DNA of 64,000 nt from NCBI GenBank assembly GCA_022799355.1, contig JAAWOG010000010.1, forward strand, positions 5,766 to 69,765, read 5' to 3'. Made by a program: the position numbers and the translations under genes. Origin of the DNA: Lachnospiraceae bacterium (GTDB lineage Bacteria > Bacillota > Clostridia > Lachnospirales > Lachnospiraceae). Positions 61,777-64,000 of this stretch are shown here, in pieces; position 1 is the stretch's first letter, and every line of letters begins with the position of its first letter. Below the pieces are notes generated by a model. The model searched no databases, had not been told where the DNA came from, and worked only from the letters and a program-made list of their open reading frames with translations.

Positions 61777-64000
61777 ATGAAAAAATGGATCTTATTCCTG
61801 CAGGCGTTGGTGGTGATCATCTGCATTGCGGGGCTGTTTGGGAAAAACAGAATATGGACTGTGGAGAGCGATGGTTTTTTGGCTGTGCAGCAGGATAACG
61901 GGCGGCTTTATTTGGAAAGTGAAGCCTTTTCTCTGCGTCCCGGAGTTTATAAGGCGCTTCTTTCTTATGAGACGCAGGAAGATATGATAAATGCCTGGGA
62001 GGTGGGGGCGGACGGGCTCTCTTTTGACGGGCTCCTTGCAAATGCCTGTATGCTGTACAGTGGGCTGACGGAGACGGATATGTATTTCTGGCTGCTGGAG
62101 GAAACGGATACTCTGCGTGTAAGGATTATGTGTGATGCTTCCGGTGCGGTGACAGTACGTAATGTCCAGGTATCGGAGACAAATCTTGGCGCACGGGCAT
62201 TTCTGGTGACATGTATCACGTTGTTTATATGTTGGGATATCGTATGGTATCGGAGAGAAAAGGCGAAGTCCGGGATGGTGCCGGGGATACTTTCTGCGGA
62301 GAAAGAGATGGAGCGCCGCAGTATACTCTTTGGGATGATAGTGCTTATTGTGGTATCTTCCGTGCCTCTTCTGACAGGATATGAGATTGCGACAGCAGAT
62401 CTGAACGGTCATCTGCAGCGCCTGGAGGGAACGAAGGATGCGCTGCTTGCAGGGCAGTTTCCGGTGCGTATCCATCCGAACTGGCTGCAGGGCTATGGGT
62501 ATGCTACGGGGGTATTTTACTGTGATACCTTTCTCTATATTCCGGCATTTCTGCGCATGATGGGCTTTCCGCTGGGGGCGGCTTATCTGATTTATAAGTT
62601 TCTGGTGAACGTGGGGACAGTGGTGATCGCCTGTGAGAGTTTTGGCAGGATATTTAAAAACAGGCTCATCGGATTGTTTGCGGCCGCACTTTATACGCTG
62701 AACATTTATCGGCTGGCGGTCATGTATTTGAAAGACCATCTGGGACAGTACACCGCGGCAATGTTTCTGCCGATGTTTGCCTACGGGGTATGGAGGCTGC
62801 TGGCGGAAGAGGCGGAGGGGAAGGAATACAAAAGAATATGGATCATACTGGTACTGAGTGTGACGGGGATTATTCAGAGCCATATCCTGACATGTGAGAT
62901 GACAGCGGTTTTCAGTGTGGCCGTGGGCATTGTTTTTATCAGGAGAGTGTTCAGGAGAGGGACGCTTTTGGAAGTCGGCAAGGCGTTTCTTGGCATACTG
63001 TTATTAAATTTCTGGTTTATTGTACCTTTTCTGGATTTTATGACAACACAGAAGCTGATTATCACAGGAGAGCAGGTCTATACCAGAGAGATACAGGGGT
63101 ATGGAAGCCTTTTGCCCCAGATGTTCGGGATATTTGCCCTGTCCGGTTCGGGGGATCATGATATGGCGTCGGGGATGCAGGGGGAGATTCCGTTTACACT
63201 GGGTGCAGGGCTGATGATAGGGCTGTTTTACTATGGTTATCTTTGCCTGATCGGGCGTATCAGACAGCAGGAGAAGGGGGCGGTAAAAACCCTGGGGATT
63301 TTTTCCGCAGTGCTTTCGGTGGTCTCTTTGTTTATGGCAAGTGTGTACTTTCCGTGGAATAAATTGCAGGGGCTGGGCGGTTTTGTGGCAAAGGGTGTTT
63401 CCGCGATACAGTATCCGACCAGGATCTTTGTTATTGCGGCACTGTTTCTTGCTCTGGTGGGAGGCTGTATTTTACTGCTGGAATATAAAAGCGGAAGGAA
63501 AAAGAGCCTGTGGCTTTATGCCGCAGGGACGCTGATTACGCTTTTTCTTGTGGCAGGAATGTTTTTCAGCGGGCTTCTTTCGGAGTCGCCGTTTTATAAA
63601 ATTTATGAGGAGGAGTCTTTCGGAAATTCGTACCTTTCGGGGAGGGAATATCTGCCTCTTGGGACGGATGAGAGTCTCTTAAAAGCGGGGCGGGTGGTTT
63701 TCCCGGAGGGAATTTCAGTCGGCGGATTGAAAAAGGACCATGCGGGGGCGGAACTTTATTGTGAAAACAGGAAAGACATCGACGGGTATGTGGAACTGCC
63801 GCTTTTATATTACCGGGGATATCAGGCGCGGGATATGGAGACGGGAGAGAATCTGCCGGTTGTGGATGGAGAAAACCATGTGGTAAGGGTGGAGCTTCCG
63901 GCGGGCTATAGTGGAACGACTTACACTTCTTTTGTCAGTCCGTGGTACTGGAGAGTGTCGGAAGTGGTGACATTGCTTTCGTGGTGTGCGGGGTTCGTAT
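61777..64000 (+). CDS. YfhO-like GT-C membrane glycosyltransferase (family B paralog of 30675..32990), 3' end beyond the window
   Basis: It is missing from the ORF track because no stop falls inside the window. ATG 61777 (MKKWILFLQALVVIICIAGLFG..) opens a frame that stays open to base 64000. My own translation gives ..DLNGHLQRLEGTKDALLAGQFPVRIHPNWLQGYGYATGVFYCDTFLYIPAFLRMMGFPL.. and ..ELPLLYYRGYQARDMETGE.., collinear with 30675..32990. Confidence 0.7.
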   Translation, partial: MKKWILFLQALVVIICIAGLFGKNRIWTVESDGFLAVQQDNGRLYLESEAFSLRPGVYKALLSYETQEDMINAWEVGADGLSFDGLLANACMLYSGLTETDMYFWLLEETDTLRVRIMCDASGAVTVRNVQVSETNLGARAFLVTCITLFICWDIVWYRREKAKSGMVPGILSAEKEMERRSILFGMIVLIVVSSVPLLTGYEIATADLNGHLQRLEGTKDALLAGQFPVRIHPNWLQGYGYATGVFYCDTFLYIPAFLRMMGFPLGAAYLIYKFLVNVGTVVIACESFGRIFKNRLIGLFAAALYTLNIYRLAVMYLKDHLGQYTAAMFLPMFAYGVWRLLAEEAEGKEYKRIWIILVLSVTGIIQSHILTCEMTAVFSVAVGIVFIRRVFRRGTLLEVGKAFLGILLLNFWFIVPFLDFMTTQKLIITGEQVYTREIQGYGSLLPQMFGIFALSGSGDHDMASGMQGEIPFTLGAGLMIGLFYYGYLCLIGRIRQQEKGAVKTLGIFSAVLSVVSLFMASVYFPWNKLQGLGGFVAKGVSAIQYPTRIFVIAALFLALVGGCILLLEYKSGRKKSLWLYAAGTLITLFLVAGMFFSGLLSESPFYKIYEEESFGNSYLSGREYLPLGTDESLLKAGRVVFPEGISVGGLKKDHAGAELYCENRKDIDGYVELPLLYYRGYQARDMETGENLPVVDGENHVVRVELPAGYSGTTYTSFVSPWYWRVSEVVTLLSWCAGFV

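Noticed and set aside
61792-62883. 363-aa minus-strand ORF, the longest entry in the ORF track for this region
   Set aside because: Its product is Arg/His/Pro/Gln-rich low-complexity sequence (..HHCPHVHQKLINQISRPQRKAHHAQKCRN..). The opposite strand encodes a clear paralog of 30675..32990, so I treat it as an antisense shadow ORF.
1-64000. Search for CRISPR arrays, tRNA/rRNA genes, IS elements, integrases, prophage genes, long invertible-promoter inverted repeats and toxin-antitoxin pairs
   Set aside because: I found none by eye. The only non-glycan genes are the decayed P-loop ATPase fragments at 17.8-19.2 kb. Short inverted repeats flanking promoters, as in Bacteroides-style invertons, were not evident, but a computational IR search would be needed to exclude them.

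Overview
This 64-kb window is almost entirely coding. It looks like a Gram-positive, Clostridia-like chromosome (GGAGG-type ribosome-binding sites, frequent GTG/TTG starts, ATGA start/stop overlaps) and forms one very large cell-surface glycan synthesis and decoration region. I found no rRNA, tRNA, CRISPR array, transposase or integrase.

Layout:
- 1-17.4 kb: an AT-rich, single-direction operon ending in a clear terminator. It carries a sugar aminotransferase and N-formyltransferase, a GT4, a GtrA/GT2 module flanked by two methyltransferases, an acetyltransferase, a UDP-HexNAc dehydrogenase, FnlA/B/C (L-FucNAc synthesis) and a Wzz-like protein.
- 17.4-19.3 kb: a decayed P-loop ATPase locus at a compositional junction.
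- 19.3-64 kb: visibly more GC-rich DNA. It holds many large polytopic (GT-C / YfhO-like / unknown) membrane proteins, an acyltransferase-3, PseB and PseC, a polyprenol-phosphate GT2, a complete GDP-D-glycero-D-manno-heptose branch (GmhA, HddA, fused HddC-GmhB) with its own transaldolase, an MsbA/PglK-like ABC exporter, a sialyltransferase-motif protein, and four exported CotH-kinase-family paralogs.

Most interesting signals:
1. A CotH-VTC-DUF4956 operon. I read it as a candidate membrane polyphosphate synthase/translocase coupled to an exported kinase.
2. Five G7-G8 tracts in an identical C-Gn-TA context inside five glycan-modification genes. One of them explains a frameshifted GT-C gene, so these are candidate phase-variable contingency loci.
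3. Thirteen large polytopic membrane proteins, about one third of the window, in several paralog families, against only about five cytoplasmic glycosyltransferases.

All family calls rest on motifs I recognise by eye. No database search was run. GC statements come from hand counts of a few 60-nt lines only.
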